Virus record (IMG/VR): IMGVR_UViG_3300028133_000002
Location: 6,836-70,835 of that record
Length of the DNA: 64,000 bases
From: a virus
Reading direction: 5' to 3' (one strand)
A program made the translations under genes and the position numbers. The stretch's first letter is position 1, and each line of letters opens with the position of its first letter. This document shows, piece after piece, positions 30,548-40,824 of this stretch. The notes under the pieces were generated by a model. That model was not told the DNA's origin. It made no database searches and worked only from the letters and a program-made list of their open reading frames with translations.

Positions 30548-31192
30548 ATGAAGCTTATTACAGAACTTTATGAAGATAATCTAAGCTACGTTACCGAAGA
30601 AAAGAACGGTAAAAAGAATACCATCATTGAAGGTATCTTTATGCAGGCTGAGTCTAAAAATAGAAACGGCCGTGTTTATCCTCGCGGAGTAATGGAATCA
30701 GCAGTTAATAAATATGTTACAGAACAGGTTAGTCGTGGACGTGCTGTTGGTGAATTAAATCACCCAGAAGGTCCAACAATTAACCTTGATAAGGTTTCCC
30801 ACCGTATTACCGAACTGAATTGGGATGGTAATAACGTAATGGGGAAAGCACTTGTACTAGATACTCCTATGGGCCAGATCGTAAAAGGTCTTGTCGAAGG
30901 CGGTGTTCAGTTGGGTGTTTCAAGTCGTGGTATGGGTACTCTTGTAAACCGTAACGGGGTAAACGTTGTAGGCAATGATTTCATTCTTGCAACAGTGGAC
31001 ATTGTCCAGGATCCCTCAGCACCAGAAGCTTTCGTTAATGGGATTATGGAAGGCGTCGAATGGATCTGGGAAAATGGTCTGTTACAAAAACAAGAGATTG
31101 AAAAATATGAGACTGAAATCAAGCGTGCATCTTCATCCCAATTGGCCGAGAGTCAATTGAAGGTGTGGAACGATTTCCTCTCAAAACTTTAA
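30548..31192 (+). CDS. gp21: Prohead protease
   Basis: IEGIFMQAE.KNRNGRVYP, GELNHP, GVSSRGMG, DIVQDPSAPEAFV. Confidence 0.96.
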   Translation: MKLITELYEDNLSYVTEEKNGKKNTIIEGIFMQAESKNRNGRVYPRGVMESAVNKYVTEQVSRGRAVGELNHPEGPTINLDKVSHRITELNWDGNNVMGKALVLDTPMGQIVKGLVEGGVQLGVSSRGMGTLVNRNGVNVVGNDFILATVDIVQDPSAPEAFVNGIMEGVEWIWENGLLQKQEIEKYETEIKRASSSQLAESQLKVWNDFLSKL

Positions 31193-31213
31193 CTCTCAAT
31201 CAAGGAGTAAAAT

Positions 31214-32293
31214 ATGTCTGAAGAGACCAAAGTAGAAGAGTTGGATCTCATTGAAGATGTTACTGAAGTAGAACTCCAAGATGATAACCTCGAAGAAACA
31301 GTTGAAGTTGAGAACGAGGAAAGCATCGCGGAAGATGCCGAAGTTGAAGAAGTAGCTGAAGAAGTAGTAGCAGAAGAAGCTATTGAAGAAGCAGCAGCTC
31401 CTAAAACTAAGGCTGGTATTATTAATGCCATGTACTCAGAAATGTCCAAGATGAAAAAAGCCGACTTACAAGCCGCTTACGAAAGTATGATGGGTAAAGA
31501 TGACGAAGACGGCGACGACGATGATGATGAAGAAGTAGAAGAAACAAAAGGTAAAGTAAAAGAGTCATATGACTTCGAAGCTGACCTTGATGCCTTGGTA
31601 TCTTCTGATGATTCATTATCCGAAGGATTCCAGGAAAAAGCAGCAACAATCTTTGAAGCAGCAGTGAAAACTAAAGTTTCAGCTGAGATTGATCGTTTAG
31701 AAGAAGAGTATACTCAGAATCTAGAAGAAGAAACAGCTGGTATTCGCAACGAATTAGTAGAAAAAGTAGATGGTTACCTTAACTACGTCGTTGAAAACTG
31801 GATGGAAGAAAATCGTGTAGCAGTTGAAAATGGTTTACGCACAGAAATTGCAGAATCATTTATGGATGCGCTTAAAGGCGTATTTACTGAGCATTACATC
31901 GCTGTACCAGAATCAAAAGTTGATATGGTAGACGATCTTGCTGAGCAAGTACAAGAGCTTGAAGGCCAACTTACAAAAGCTACGGAAGATAACATTCGTT
32001 TAAGCGAATCAGTATCAGATTTTCGTCGTGCAGAAATCTTAGCAGAAGCATCTAAAGACTTAGCAGTAACTGAAGCTGAAAAGCTTAAGACACTGGCTGA
32101 AGATGTTGATTTTGAAGATGCAGATACATTCGCAAGAAAAGTAGCTACATTGAAAGAATCTTATTTTGCTAAACCCGTAACAGAAGATGTAGAAGCTGCA
32201 GAAGTATCTATGAATGCCGATAACACTGAAGAAGTTCAGTTGTCGCCAATTATGGAAAGATACACCGCTGCTCTTGCAAAATCAGTAAAATAA
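31214..32293 (+). CDS. gp22: Prohead scaffolding/core protein
   Basis: Acidic; KAATIFEAAV, VDGYLNYVVENWMEEN..AVE.GLRTEIAESF, LKESYF. Confidence 0.93.
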   Translation: MSEETKVEELDLIEDVTEVELQDDNLEETVEVENEESIAEDAEVEEVAEEVVAEEAIEEAAAPKTKAGIINAMYSEMSKMKKADLQAAYESMMGKDDEDGDDDDDEEVEETKGKVKESYDFEADLDALVSSDDSLSEGFQEKAATIFEAAVKTKVSAEIDRLEEEYTQNLEEETAGIRNELVEKVDGYLNYVVENWMEENRVAVENGLRTEIAESFMDALKGVFTEHYIAVPESKVDMVDDLAEQVQELEGQLTKATEDNIRLSESVSDFRRAEILAEASKDLAVTEAEKLKTLAEDVDFEDADTFARKVATLKESYFAKPVTEDVEAAEVSMNADNTEEVQLSPIMERYTAALAKSVK

Positions 32294-32319
32294 AAATATC
32301 CCATTAGGAGAAAACAATA

Positions 32320-33624
32320 ATGTTTAATGCAGAAAATGCATCTCAAAAATGGCAGCCAATCCTCGAGAGCGCTGCGATTCCAGAGATCAAAGACAACTAC
32401 CGTAAGTCCGTAACTGCGGTACTTCTCGAAAACCAAGAAAAAGCAATGCACGAAGAGCGCGCTGCTTTCGGCATGGTAAATGAAACAGCTGCTAACGCAA
32501 CTGGCGCTGGTATCGATACTTTCGATCCAGTACTCATTTCACTTGTACGTCGTTCTATGCCAAACCTTATGGCTTATGACGTTGCTGGTGTTCAGCCAAT
32601 GTCTGGTCCAACAGGCTTGATCTTCGCAATGAAGAGCCGTTATAGCACAAAAGCTGGTGCAGAAGCTCTCTTCGGTGAAGCAGATACAGCTCACTCCGGT
32701 GCAGGTTCACATGCAGGTGATTCCGATTCATTGGGTTCATATGGTACAGATACTACTCCAGCTGATGACATCGAAGATTCATTTGCAACTGGTACTGGTA
32801 TGGCTACTGCAGCAGTTGAAGCACTTGGTAACACAGGTGGCAACTTCGGCGAAATGGCTTTCTCAATCGAGAAAACATCAGTAACTGCAAAATCACGTGC
32901 GCTCAAAGCAGAGTACACAATGGAACTTGCACAAGACTTGAAAGCAATTCACGGTCTTGACGCAGAATCAGAATTGGCAAATATCTTGTCAGCTGAGATC
33001 CTTGCAGAAATCAACCGCGAAGTAATTCGTACAATCAACGTAAAAGCTAAGCTTGGCGCACAAACATCTAACACTGCTGTAAACGGCGTATTTGATGTTG
33101 ACGGTGACTCAGACGGTCGTTGGTCAGTAGAGAAGTTCAAAGGTTTGATCATGCAGATCGAGCGTGAAGCTAACACAATCGCGAAAGAAACACGTCGCGG
33201 TAAAGGTAACTTCATTATCTGTTCCTCAGACGTTGCATCTGCTCTTGCAGCAGCTGGCATGTTGGACTACACACCAGCACTTGCAGCTAACTTGAACGTA
33301 GATGACACAGGCAACACATTTGCTGGTGTTCTTAACGGTCGCACAAAAGTATACATCGATCCATATGCAACACAGGATTATGTAAACGTAGGTTACCGTG
33401 GTACAAACCCATACGATGCAGGTCTTTTCTATGCACCATATGTTCCATTAACAATGGTTCGTGCGGTAGGTGAAGAAGACTTCCAGCCACGTATTGGTTT
33501 CAAAACACGTTACGGCATGGTTGCTAACCCATTCGCGGGTGGCGCAGCTTCTGCTGAAACTGGTACAGATCGTGCAAACCAGTACTACCGTATCTTTGCT
33601 GTTACAAACATCTTAGGCACATAA
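32320..33624 (+). CDS. gp23: Major capsid protein
   Basis: KWQPIL, GVQPMSGPTGLIFAMKSRY, KSRALKAEYTMELAQDLKAIHGLDAE, FQPRIGFKTRYG. Confidence 0.98.
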   Translation: MFNAENASQKWQPILESAAIPEIKDNYRKSVTAVLLENQEKAMHEERAAFGMVNETAANATGAGIDTFDPVLISLVRRSMPNLMAYDVAGVQPMSGPTGLIFAMKSRYSTKAGAEALFGEADTAHSGAGSHAGDSDSLGSYGTDTTPADDIEDSFATGTGMATAAVEALGNTGGNFGEMAFSIEKTSVTAKSRALKAEYTMELAQDLKAIHGLDAESELANILSAEILAEINREVIRTINVKAKLGAQTSNTAVNGVFDVDGDSDGRWSVEKFKGLIMQIEREANTIAKETRRGKGNFIICSSDVASALAAAGMLDYTPALAANLNVDDTGNTFAGVLNGRTKVYIDPYATQDYVNVGYRGTNPYDAGLFYAPYVPLTMVRAVGEEDFQPRIGFKTRYGMVANPFAGGAASAETGTDRANQYYRIFAVTNILGT

Positions 33625-33655
33625 TAAAAAGAGTAGGATTTAACCTACCAACCTT

Positions 33656-33682
33656 AAGGGGCTCTTCGGAGCCCCTTTTTTT
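33656..33682 (+). terminator. Intrinsic terminator after gp23
   Basis: AAGGGGCTC-TTCG-GAGCCCCTT plus T run (cUUCGg tetraloop). Confidence 0.92.
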
Positions 33683-33686
33683 ATCA

Positions 33687-33694
33687 TATAAATA
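33687..33694 (+). promoter_or_regulatory. T4-type late promoter
   Basis: Intergenic TATAAATA right after the terminator. Confidence 0.8.
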
Positions 33695-33725
33695 ATGGTA
33701 TAATCTAATATTAGAGAGAACGATT

Positions 33726-34238
33726 ATGGCATACACAAATGAAATCAATTATTCTATGGAACCAACCTCTACACTTGTAGAGAATATTAACTTTGCGAAT
33801 CCGTCAAGTTTCCGTTTAGTAATCGACAATCTTAAATATCCAAATGCCCAGTACACTGTTCAATTAGCTTCTATTCCTGATATGTCTGTTGATGGTGCTA
33901 GCTTTAATACGCCAAAAAGAAACATTCTTGCTTCTGCTGATAAGATTGTATATGCACCATTACAACTTACATTTATTGTAGATGAAAATTTTACCAACTA
34001 TAAAGAAATTCATGATTGGATGTTTGGTATGGTTGGCCAGGATGATTTTGGTGTTCGTAAAACACGTGATCTTACGCTGATCATATATAATTCCAGTAAT
34101 AACGTAGTACAAGAAATTCAATTTGCTGATGCTCATCCATCAAGTTTATCTTCACTACCGTTTGAAACTACGGGTGAATCAGTGAACTATCTAACAGCAG
34201 TAGCGGAATTTAATTACAGTTATTATAAATTCTCATAA
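33726..34238 (+). CDS. gp3: Tail completion/tube terminator (gp3-like)
   Basis: NF..PSSFRL, L.LTFIVDENF.NYKEIHDWM, F.DAHP.SLS.L.F; position after gp23. Confidence 0.8.
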   Translation: MAYTNEINYSMEPTSTLVENINFANPSSFRLVIDNLKYPNAQYTVQLASIPDMSVDGASFNTPKRNILASADKIVYAPLQLTFIVDENFTNYKEIHDWMFGMVGQDDFGVRKTRDLTLIIYNSSNNVVQEIQFADAHPSSLSSLPFETTGESVNYLTAVAEFNYSYYKFS

Positions 34239-34253
34239 AGGTGAAATTATATT

Positions 34254-34700
34254 ATGTTAAATCTTGAAGAAATTTTTAAAATGTGGGCCAAGGATTCTGA
34301 GATTGATGATCTTAGACTTGACGAAGCTTCAAAGAAAACTGCATCACTTCACGCAAAATACCTAGAAATGCTTTCTGTATCTAAGCTTCAGCTGAAGCGT
34401 AAAGATATGGAATTTAAAGTGCTGCTTAAAAATAAGTGGTTGTGGTATAATGGCAAGATGCCAAGAGATCAGATTGATGAGCTTGGTTGGGAATATGACG
34501 CACTCAATGGATTGAAGATTCTGAAAGGTGAAATGGATTACTATTATAATTCAGATCCACATATTCAAGAAATGCAAGCAAAGATTGACTATCTAAAAAC
34601 ATTAATTGAGACTCTGGAAGAAATCATAAATAATATTCGTTGGAGACATTCAACTATTAAAAATATGATTGATTGGAGAAGGTTTGAGAGTGGCGGATGA
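34254..34700 (+). CDS. uvsY: Recombination mediator UvsY
   Basis: W.KDSEID...L......LHAKYL, IKNMIDWRRFESG; upstream of uvsW. Confidence 0.88.
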   Translation: MLNLEEIFKMWAKDSEIDDLRLDEASKKTASLHAKYLEMLSVSKLQLKRKDMEFKVLLKNKWLWYNGKMPRDQIDELGWEYDALNGLKILKGEMDYYYNSDPHIQEMQAKIDYLKTLIETLEEIINNIRWRHSTIKNMIDWRRFESGG

Positions 34701-36196
34701 GCGACCTTAAAATACATAATAAAAATCATGCTTTCATACATATTGATTGTGAACCATCTGTTGCTAATGAGCTTTCAGATTTTTTCACGTTCTATGTTCC
34801 TGGTTATAAATTTATGCCAGCATATAAGAATAAAATATGGGATGGTAAAATCCGTTTATACGATGTTCGTAAAAAAGAGCTTCCAGCTGGGCTATACAAG
34901 TACGTAGAAGAATTTGCAAATACACCTGGTCGCGATTACCACATCGCCTTAGAGCATGACAATTATTATGGATTAGCTGGATCTAAGGTTGATGTTGATA
35001 TGTCATTCATGAAAGATATGACTATTACATCTAGAGGAAAAGAGATTGAACCCCGTGATTATCAATTAAATGCTATTGAGCAAGGGTTAACTAATAAGCG
35101 CAGTTTACTTATTTCGCCAACGGCATCAGGTAAATCACTTATCATTTATTCTCTTATTCGTTGGTATCTTAAAAATTACGATAAGAAAGTAATTATTGTT
35201 GTTCCTACCACTTCACTAGTAGAACAGATGTACAAAGATTTTGGTGACTATTCTGAATTTGACGATGGCTTTGACGTAGAACAACTTTGTCATAAGATTT
35301 ATTCTGGAAGGGAAAAGATTTTTGACCAAAAGATTGTTATCACAACTTGGCAATCTGTGTATAAAATGCCAGGACATTGGTTTGAAGATTATGGTATGGT
35401 TATTGGTGATGAAGCACACACGTTCAAAGCAAAAAGCCTTACCTCTATTCTTTCAAAGTGTAGAGAAGCTGAGTTTAGATTTGGTACTACAGGTACTCTT
35501 GATGGTACTAATACTCATAAACTTGTTCTTGAGGGCTACTTTGGACCTGCGTATTATGTGACTACAACAAAGAGTCTTATGGATGAAGGTTCTTTATCTA
35601 CTCTAGATATTTCTGTTCTATTGATGAAGTATTCTGATGCTGAATGTAAGCTTATAAATAAAGTTAAGTACCAAGAAGAAATAAACTTTCTTGTTGGTCA
35701 TGAAAAAAGAAATAGCTTTATTTCAAATCTAGCGCTTGATCAAGATGGTAATACATTAGTACTTTTCCAATTAGTGGAAAAACATGGTAAACCATTATAC
35801 GATATTATTAAGAGTAGAGCTCACCCAAGAAGAAAAATCTTTTTTGTTTCAGGCGCCACTGATGTAGATACAAGAGAGCAAGTCAGATCTATTACTGAAA
35901 AAGAAAAGAATGCTATTATTGTTGCGAGTCTTGGCACTTTTTCTACTGGTATTAATATTCGCAATCTGCATAATATTGTATTTGCATCTCCATCAAAATC
36001 TCAAATCAAAGTCCTACAATCAATTGGCCGCGGATTGAGAAAATCTGAAGATGGTAGAGATACAAAGCTTTATGATATTGCCGATGATCTACATTGGAAG
36101 AGTAATAAGAACTATACACTCAACCATGCAGCTGAACGAATTAAGATCTACACAAAAGAAAAATTCAAATATAAAATTTATGAGATAACTTTATGA
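34697..36196 (+). CDS. uvsW: DNA/RNA-DNA helicase UvsW
   Basis: WDGKIRL, PRDYQ, SPTASGKS, GDEAH, GTTGT, STGINI.NLHN, LQSIGRGLR. Confidence 0.96.
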   Translation: MSDLKIHNKNHAFIHIDCEPSVANELSDFFTFYVPGYKFMPAYKNKIWDGKIRLYDVRKKELPAGLYKYVEEFANTPGRDYHIALEHDNYYGLAGSKVDVDMSFMKDMTITSRGKEIEPRDYQLNAIEQGLTNKRSLLISPTASGKSLIIYSLIRWYLKNYDKKVIIVVPTTSLVEQMYKDFGDYSEFDDGFDVEQLCHKIYSGREKIFDQKIVITTWQSVYKMPGHWFEDYGMVIGDEAHTFKAKSLTSILSKCREAEFRFGTTGTLDGTNTHKLVLEGYFGPAYYVTTTKSLMDEGSLSTLDISVLLMKYSDAECKLINKVKYQEEINFLVGHEKRNSFISNLALDQDGNTLVLFQLVEKHGKPLYDIIKSRAHPRRKIFFVSGATDVDTREQVRSITEKEKNAIIVASLGTFSTGINIRNLHNIVFASPSKSQIKVLQSIGRGLRKSEDGRDTKLYDIADDLHWKSNKNYTLNHAAERIKIYTKEKFKYKIYEITL

Positions 36197-36582
36197 TAGA
36201 AGAAAATGATTCTATAGAAGAAATGGATATTCAACATGTAAAGTTATCTGATGGTAGCGAAATTGTGACATATATAAATTCTACTGAAGGTGCTTCAATT
36301 CTTGTTGAAAGACCTATGAATTTAAATCTTGTAACTGCTGCTAATGGATATGACACTTATTACTTTACAAAATATTTCCCATTTGCAAAAAACAATCTGG
36401 TCAAGTTAAACTCGCGAAATGTAATTTCTGCGAGTGAAGTAACTAGTGAAATTAAAGAAAAGTATATTCGAGCGGCTCTTCGGTCTGATAATACTAGTGA
36501 TATAGATAATGGTATGGCAGACCTTGATGACGATGATATGGATCTAAATTTTATGGAATCACCATCTAAGAAGTTACATTAG
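36193..36582 (+). CDS. Conserved hypothetical protein between uvsW and gp55
   Basis: VKLSDGSEIV N-terminus and acidic tail; typical syntenic ORF. Confidence 0.65.
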   Translation: MIEENDSIEEMDIQHVKLSDGSEIVTYINSTEGASILVERPMNLNLVTAANGYDTYYFTKYFPFAKNNLVKLNSRNVISASEVTSEIKEKYIRAALRSDNTSDIDNGMADLDDDDMDLNFMESPSKKLH

Positions 36583-36618
36583 AGATAGTATATCCCCCTC
36601 TCTCACCGGACTCTATTA

Positions 36619-36647
36619 ATTATACCACAGTTTTCCCAATCTGTAAA
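36619..36647 (-). promoter_or_regulatory. Minus-strand T4-early-like promoter
   Basis: Reverse complement reads GTTTACA-17 nt (ending TGTGG)-TATAAT. Confidence 0.7.
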
Positions 36648-36691
36648 CCCCTAAAATGCATTTTTATGAAAATAAATTCATAAAAAAGTAG

Positions 36692-36720
36692 TGTACATTT
36701 CCTTAGAATTAGTTTATAAT
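36692..36720 (+). promoter_or_regulatory. T4-early-like promoter for gp55
   Basis: TGTACA-17-TATAAT with A-rich upstream element. Confidence 0.8.
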
Positions 36721-36750
36721 ATAACTAATAATATATGCTAGGAGTATATC

Positions 36751-37335
36751 ATGGCTAAAATCAAACCAAAAGATAAACCACATTATGTCAACAATAGAGA
36801 ATTCTCTTATAAAGTAGTTGAATACGTCTCATCAGTAAATAAAGCCCAAGAGGAAGGTCAAGCACTTCCAGTTGTTACTGATTATATTGCAACCTGTTTC
36901 CTTAAGATTGCCGAAGGCTTGTCTCACAAATCTAATTTTATTCGATACACTTACCGTGAAGAAATGGTAATGGACGCTGTTGAGAATTGTCTAAAAGCTA
37001 TTATGAATTATAACATAGAAGCTGCAACTCGTACAGGTAATCCAAATGCCTTTGCGTACTTTACTCAAATCTGTTATTATGCATTTTTACGTCGCATTGC
37101 AAAAGAAAAGAAGCAACAAGACATTAAATTCAAATGGATTGAAAAAGCTTCTATTGATGACTTTATGCAAGCAGGCCTTGATGGAGATTCAGACACTGGT
37201 CGATATTTTGTAGATCAACTTCGTTCTCGTATTGATAAAGTAAAAGATACCGACACTCAGCTAAAAGAATTTGCAAAAGAAGAAAAGGTAAAAACTAAAA
37301 ACGCTAAAGGTATTGAATTGTTTATGGGAGAATAA
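36751..37335 (+). CDS. gp55: Late-transcription sigma factor
   Basis: HYVNNREF, YIATCFLKIAEGLSHKSNF..YTYREEMVMDAVENC, NAFAYFTQI.YYAFLRRI.KEKKQ. Confidence 0.96.
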   Translation: MAKIKPKDKPHYVNNREFSYKVVEYVSSVNKAQEEGQALPVVTDYIATCFLKIAEGLSHKSNFIRYTYREEMVMDAVENCLKAIMNYNIEAATRTGNPNAFAYFTQICYYAFLRRIAKEKKQQDIKFKWIEKASIDDFMQAGLDGDSDTGRYFVDQLRSRIDKVKDTDTQLKEFAKEEKVKTKNAKGIELFMGE

Positions 37336-37336
37336 T

Positions 37337-37504
37337 ATGGGACTTAAAGCCAAGTTTATAAGCTTTTGTGAGTTGCAAAAAGCAGCAAATCTTGAGAGAA
37401 GCTTAAAAGGCCACGAACACCGAGATACTATTAAAGCATATGAAAGAGCTAATAAGCTCAAACGTGAAATCCTTGAGGGACTAGATGAAAATAGCAATCA
37501 TTAA
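37337..37504 (+). CDS. Small hypothetical protein
   Basis: ATG at 37337 after GGAG SD; fills the gap between gp55 and gp47. Confidence 0.5.
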   Translation: MGLKAKFISFCELQKAANLERSLKGHEHRDTIKAYERANKLKREILEGLDENSNH

Positions 37505-38546
37505 TGATACCCATTGCGGTATTCGCAATTCATCAGAAATCTTTTTAAATTACCAAGAAAAATTTTATAAAGATGTATTTTTTCCATATTTGAAAGAGCA
37601 TGGAATTAATCAAATTCTGCACCTAGGTGATTATTATGACCACCGCAAATTTATCAATTTCAAAGCACAAAATTCAAATCGTAAAACTTTCTTAGATGTA
37701 CTTAAGAAAGAAGGTATTCATATGGATATTATTCCAGGAAACCACGATGTGTTCTATAAGAATACTAATGATTTGACTTCTTTGAAAGAACTTCTGGGTT
37801 ACTATACATCAAACGTAAATATTATTATGAAGCCAAAAGTGCTTGATTATGATGGTTTGAATATTGCTGTAGTCCCTTGGATTAACTCAGAAAACTATGC
37901 AGAATCAATCGACTTTATTAAGAAGTGTAATGCACCAATTCTTGGCGCTCATTTGGAATTGATTGGCTTTGATATGATGAAAGGTATGCCAAATACTCAT
38001 GGTATGACTTCTGAAATCTTTGAACGTTTTGAATTAGTAATGTCTGGCCACTTCCATACAAAGTCAAACCAAGGGCATATTCACTACCTTGGCACTCAAA
38101 TGGAGTTTACTTGGTCCGATTGTAATGACCCTAAGTTCTTCCATATTCTTGATACTGAAACTCGTGAACTTACTCCAATTCGTAACCCATATACTATTTT
38201 TGAAAAAGTGTTTTACAATGATGAAAAAATAGATTATAATAATTATGATACGTCAAATTTAAAAGATAAGTTTGTAAAAGTTGTGGTAGTCAAAAAGACT
38301 GATCCATTTATGTTTGATAGATTTGTTGATCGTATCCAAAATGAAGATATTCATGAACTAAAAATTGCTGAAACATTTGAAGAGTTTACTGGTGATAATG
38401 TTGAAGATGAGTCTGTATCAGTAGAAGATACTACTGAACTTTTGGATTCATATGTTGAAGCTGTTGAAACAGATCTTGATAAAGGTCGTATTAAAAACTT
38501 AATGAGAACGCTGTACGTCGAAGCACAAAGTATGGAAATCGTATGA
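37485..38546 (+). CDS. gp47: Recombination endonuclease subunit (Mre11-like)
   Basis: DTHCG, LGDYYD, PGNHD, GAHLE, SGHFH metallophosphoesterase motifs. Confidence 0.95.
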   Translation: MKIAIINDTHCGIRNSSEIFLNYQEKFYKDVFFPYLKEHGINQILHLGDYYDHRKFINFKAQNSNRKTFLDVLKKEGIHMDIIPGNHDVFYKNTNDLTSLKELLGYYTSNVNIIMKPKVLDYDGLNIAVVPWINSENYAESIDFIKKCNAPILGAHLELIGFDMMKGMPNTHGMTSEIFERFELVMSGHFHTKSNQGHIHYLGTQMEFTWSDCNDPKFFHILDTETRELTPIRNPYTIFEKVFYNDEKIDYNNYDTSNLKDKFVKVVVVKKTDPFMFDRFVDRIQNEDIHELKIAETFEEFTGDNVEDESVSVEDTTELLDSYVEAVETDLDKGRIKNLMRTLYVEAQSMEIV

Positions 38547-40264
38547 TTGTTTTTGAAAAAATCCGTTGGAAAAACTTTCTGTCAACTGGCAATGACTTTA
38601 CAGAAGTCCAATTAGATAGATCACCTACTACACTAATCGTAGGCCAAAATGGCGCAGGAAAGAGTACTCTTCTTGATGCTCTTTCCTTTGCTTTGTTTGG
38701 TAAACCACATCGCAACATTAACAAACCACAACTAGTAAATACCATCAATGGTAAGAATACTGAGGTTGAAGTTAACTTTACGATTGGTTCTCATACATTT
38801 GCAGTAAAGCGTGGTATCAAACCAACTAAGTTTGAGATCTGGCAAAACGGTAATATGATTAATCAATCATCAGCCGCTAAAGACTATCAAAAGTTTTTAG
38901 AGCAAAATATTCTAAAGTTGAACCATAAATCATTTCACCAAATTGTTGTACTTGGTTCATCTTCATTTATCCCATTTATGCAACTACCAGCAGGCCACCG
39001 TAGAGACGTAATTGAAGATCTATTAGACATTGGTGTATTTTCTAAAATGAATTTAATCCTTCGTGAAAAGGATTCAAAACTTAAAGAAGAAATTGGCAAT
39101 ATTACATACGAATATGATTTGAATAAAGAAAAGATTTCTCTTCAAAAGAAATATATTCGTGATATTACGGAGTTGAATGATGAGCAAATTGAAAAGAAAA
39201 CTGCCCAGATTGATACCAATCAGGACGAGATCGAAGAATTCAATATGGTCAACAACAACTTATCCCAAGAAATCGAAAGTCTTCAAGAAGGCCTTGCTGA
39301 AAGTCTTAAAACCAACCACGATAAAAAGCAAAGCCTCTCTCAATTCAAATTTCAATTCCAATCAAAAATCAAAGAGGTTGTTAAAGACGCAAAGTTCTAC
39401 GAAGAAAATGATGTTTGTCCAACATGTTCCCAAGGTATTGGTGATGATCTCAGACACAAAAAATTGTCCAATGCCAAGTCCAAAGCCCAAGAACTTAACA
39501 CGGCAATTTCTGATGCATCTGAACAGTCAACTATTGTGGAACAGGCTATTGAGCGGCTCAATATCACTGCAGAGCAGGTCAGAGAGAAGACAGCATCTAT
39601 ATCAACTAACAATTCTACAATCGCCGGGCTCCAAAGACAAATACACAATCTTGAGACTGAGATAGATTCACTAAGAGGTTCTACAGGAGATTTATCAAAA
39701 GCTAATTCTGAACTATCAGAACTACAAGAATCTCGTAATGTTTTATCTGAAGAAAAGCTAAAGTTGATTGATACTAAATCATATAACCAAGCTGCGTCAG
39801 AAATGCTAAAAGATACTGGTATTAAGACAAAAGTAATTAAACAGTATTTACCTGTTATGAATAACTTAGTGAATAAATATCTTCAGGTACTTGACTTCTT
39901 TGTAAAGTTTGAGCTAGATGAAAGTTTTAATGAAACAATCAAATCCCGCCATAGAGACTCATTCAATTATGCGAGCTTTAGTGAAGGCGAAAAACAAAGG
40001 ATTGATTTGGCCTTACTCTTCACGTGGCGTCAAATTGCTAGAATGAAAAACTCAACATCTACGAATTTGCTAATTCTAGATGAAACATTTGATTCGTCTC
40101 TAGATCATGATGGTATTGATAACCTAATGAAGATCCTTTATACTCTAGATGATCAAGCAACAAACGTATTTGTTATTTCACACAAGGGTGATCTATTAGA
40201 TGGTAAGTTTAGAAGTAAGATTGAATTTGTTAAAGAACACAACTTTAGTAAGGTAAAAGTATGA
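38543..40264 (+). CDS. gp46: Recombination ATPase subunit (Rad50-like)
   Basis: WKNFLSTGN, GQNGAGKS, CPTC zinc hook, FSEGEKQRID, LILDETFDSSLD, ISHK. Confidence 0.96.
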   Translation: MIVFEKIRWKNFLSTGNDFTEVQLDRSPTTLIVGQNGAGKSTLLDALSFALFGKPHRNINKPQLVNTINGKNTEVEVNFTIGSHTFAVKRGIKPTKFEIWQNGNMINQSSAAKDYQKFLEQNILKLNHKSFHQIVVLGSSSFIPFMQLPAGHRRDVIEDLLDIGVFSKMNLILREKDSKLKEEIGNITYEYDLNKEKISLQKKYIRDITELNDEQIEKKTAQIDTNQDEIEEFNMVNNNLSQEIESLQEGLAESLKTNHDKKQSLSQFKFQFQSKIKEVVKDAKFYEENDVCPTCSQGIGDDLRHKKLSNAKSKAQELNTAISDASEQSTIVEQAIERLNITAEQVREKTASISTNNSTIAGLQRQIHNLETEIDSLRGSTGDLSKANSELSELQESRNVLSEEKLKLIDTKSYNQAASEMLKDTGIKTKVIKQYLPVMNNLVNKYLQVLDFFVKFELDESFNETIKSRHRDSFNYASFSEGEKQRIDLALLFTWRQIARMKNSTSTNLLILDETFDSSLDHDGIDNLMKILYTLDDQATNVFVISHKGDLLDGKFRSKIEFVKEHNFSKVKV

Positions 40265-40824
40265 TTGAAAACTATGACTTTCCAGAAGGATCTTATAGAT
40301 CAATAGTTCATTTGATAAATTTTATGAACTACAAAATTGGATGTGAGGTTGGAGTCTATAGAGGATTAAGTTTATTGAATCTCGCCCAACATTGTAGCTC
40401 TATTGAAAAAATGTATGCTATTGATAATTGGAAACCTCATACTGATTATAAATATGATGAAAATGGACAAGTTTATGACATTAAGGATATAGAATTATCG
40501 AAAACTATTTTTGAGCATAATCTTAAATATTCAGGAGTCGATAGCAAAATAGAAGTTATCGAAAAAGATTCTGAAATTGCTAGTAAAGACTTTGAAAATA
40601 GCTACTTCGATTTTATTTGCCTAGATTGCTATTCTAATTCAGAAGAAATAACAGATAATATTAAATATTGGTGGCCGAAAGTTAAAAGCGGAGGACTACT
40701 TATAGGTCATGATTCTCAGACAGAAATGGTAAGAAGCGTAGTGATTGCCTCTTACAATGACGGGATTTTAAAGTCTGGTACTGGCCTTAGTGAATACGAT
40801 AATGTATGGATTGTAAAAAAATGA
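40261..40824 (+). CDS. Class I SAM-dependent methyltransferase (Methyltransf_24-like)
   Basis: GCEVGVYRGLS, AIDNW, FDFICLD, WWPKVKSGGLLIGHD. Confidence 0.8.
   Translation: MIENYDFPEGSYRSIVHLINFMNYKIGCEVGVYRGLSLLNLAQHCSSIEKMYAIDNWKPHTDYKYDENGQVYDIKDIELSKTIFEHNLKYSGVDSKIEVIEKDSEIASKDFENSYFDFICLDCYSNSEEITDNIKYWWPKVKSGGLLIGHDSQTEMVRSVVIASYNDGILKSGTGLSEYDNVWIVKK

Noticed and set aside
36574-36600. Minus-strand SD-like GAGGGGG followed by ATG-TAA minimal ORF
   Set aside because: SD-to-start spacing is about 14 nt and the ATG-TAA is simply the reverse complement of the upstream gene end, so it is probably coincidental.
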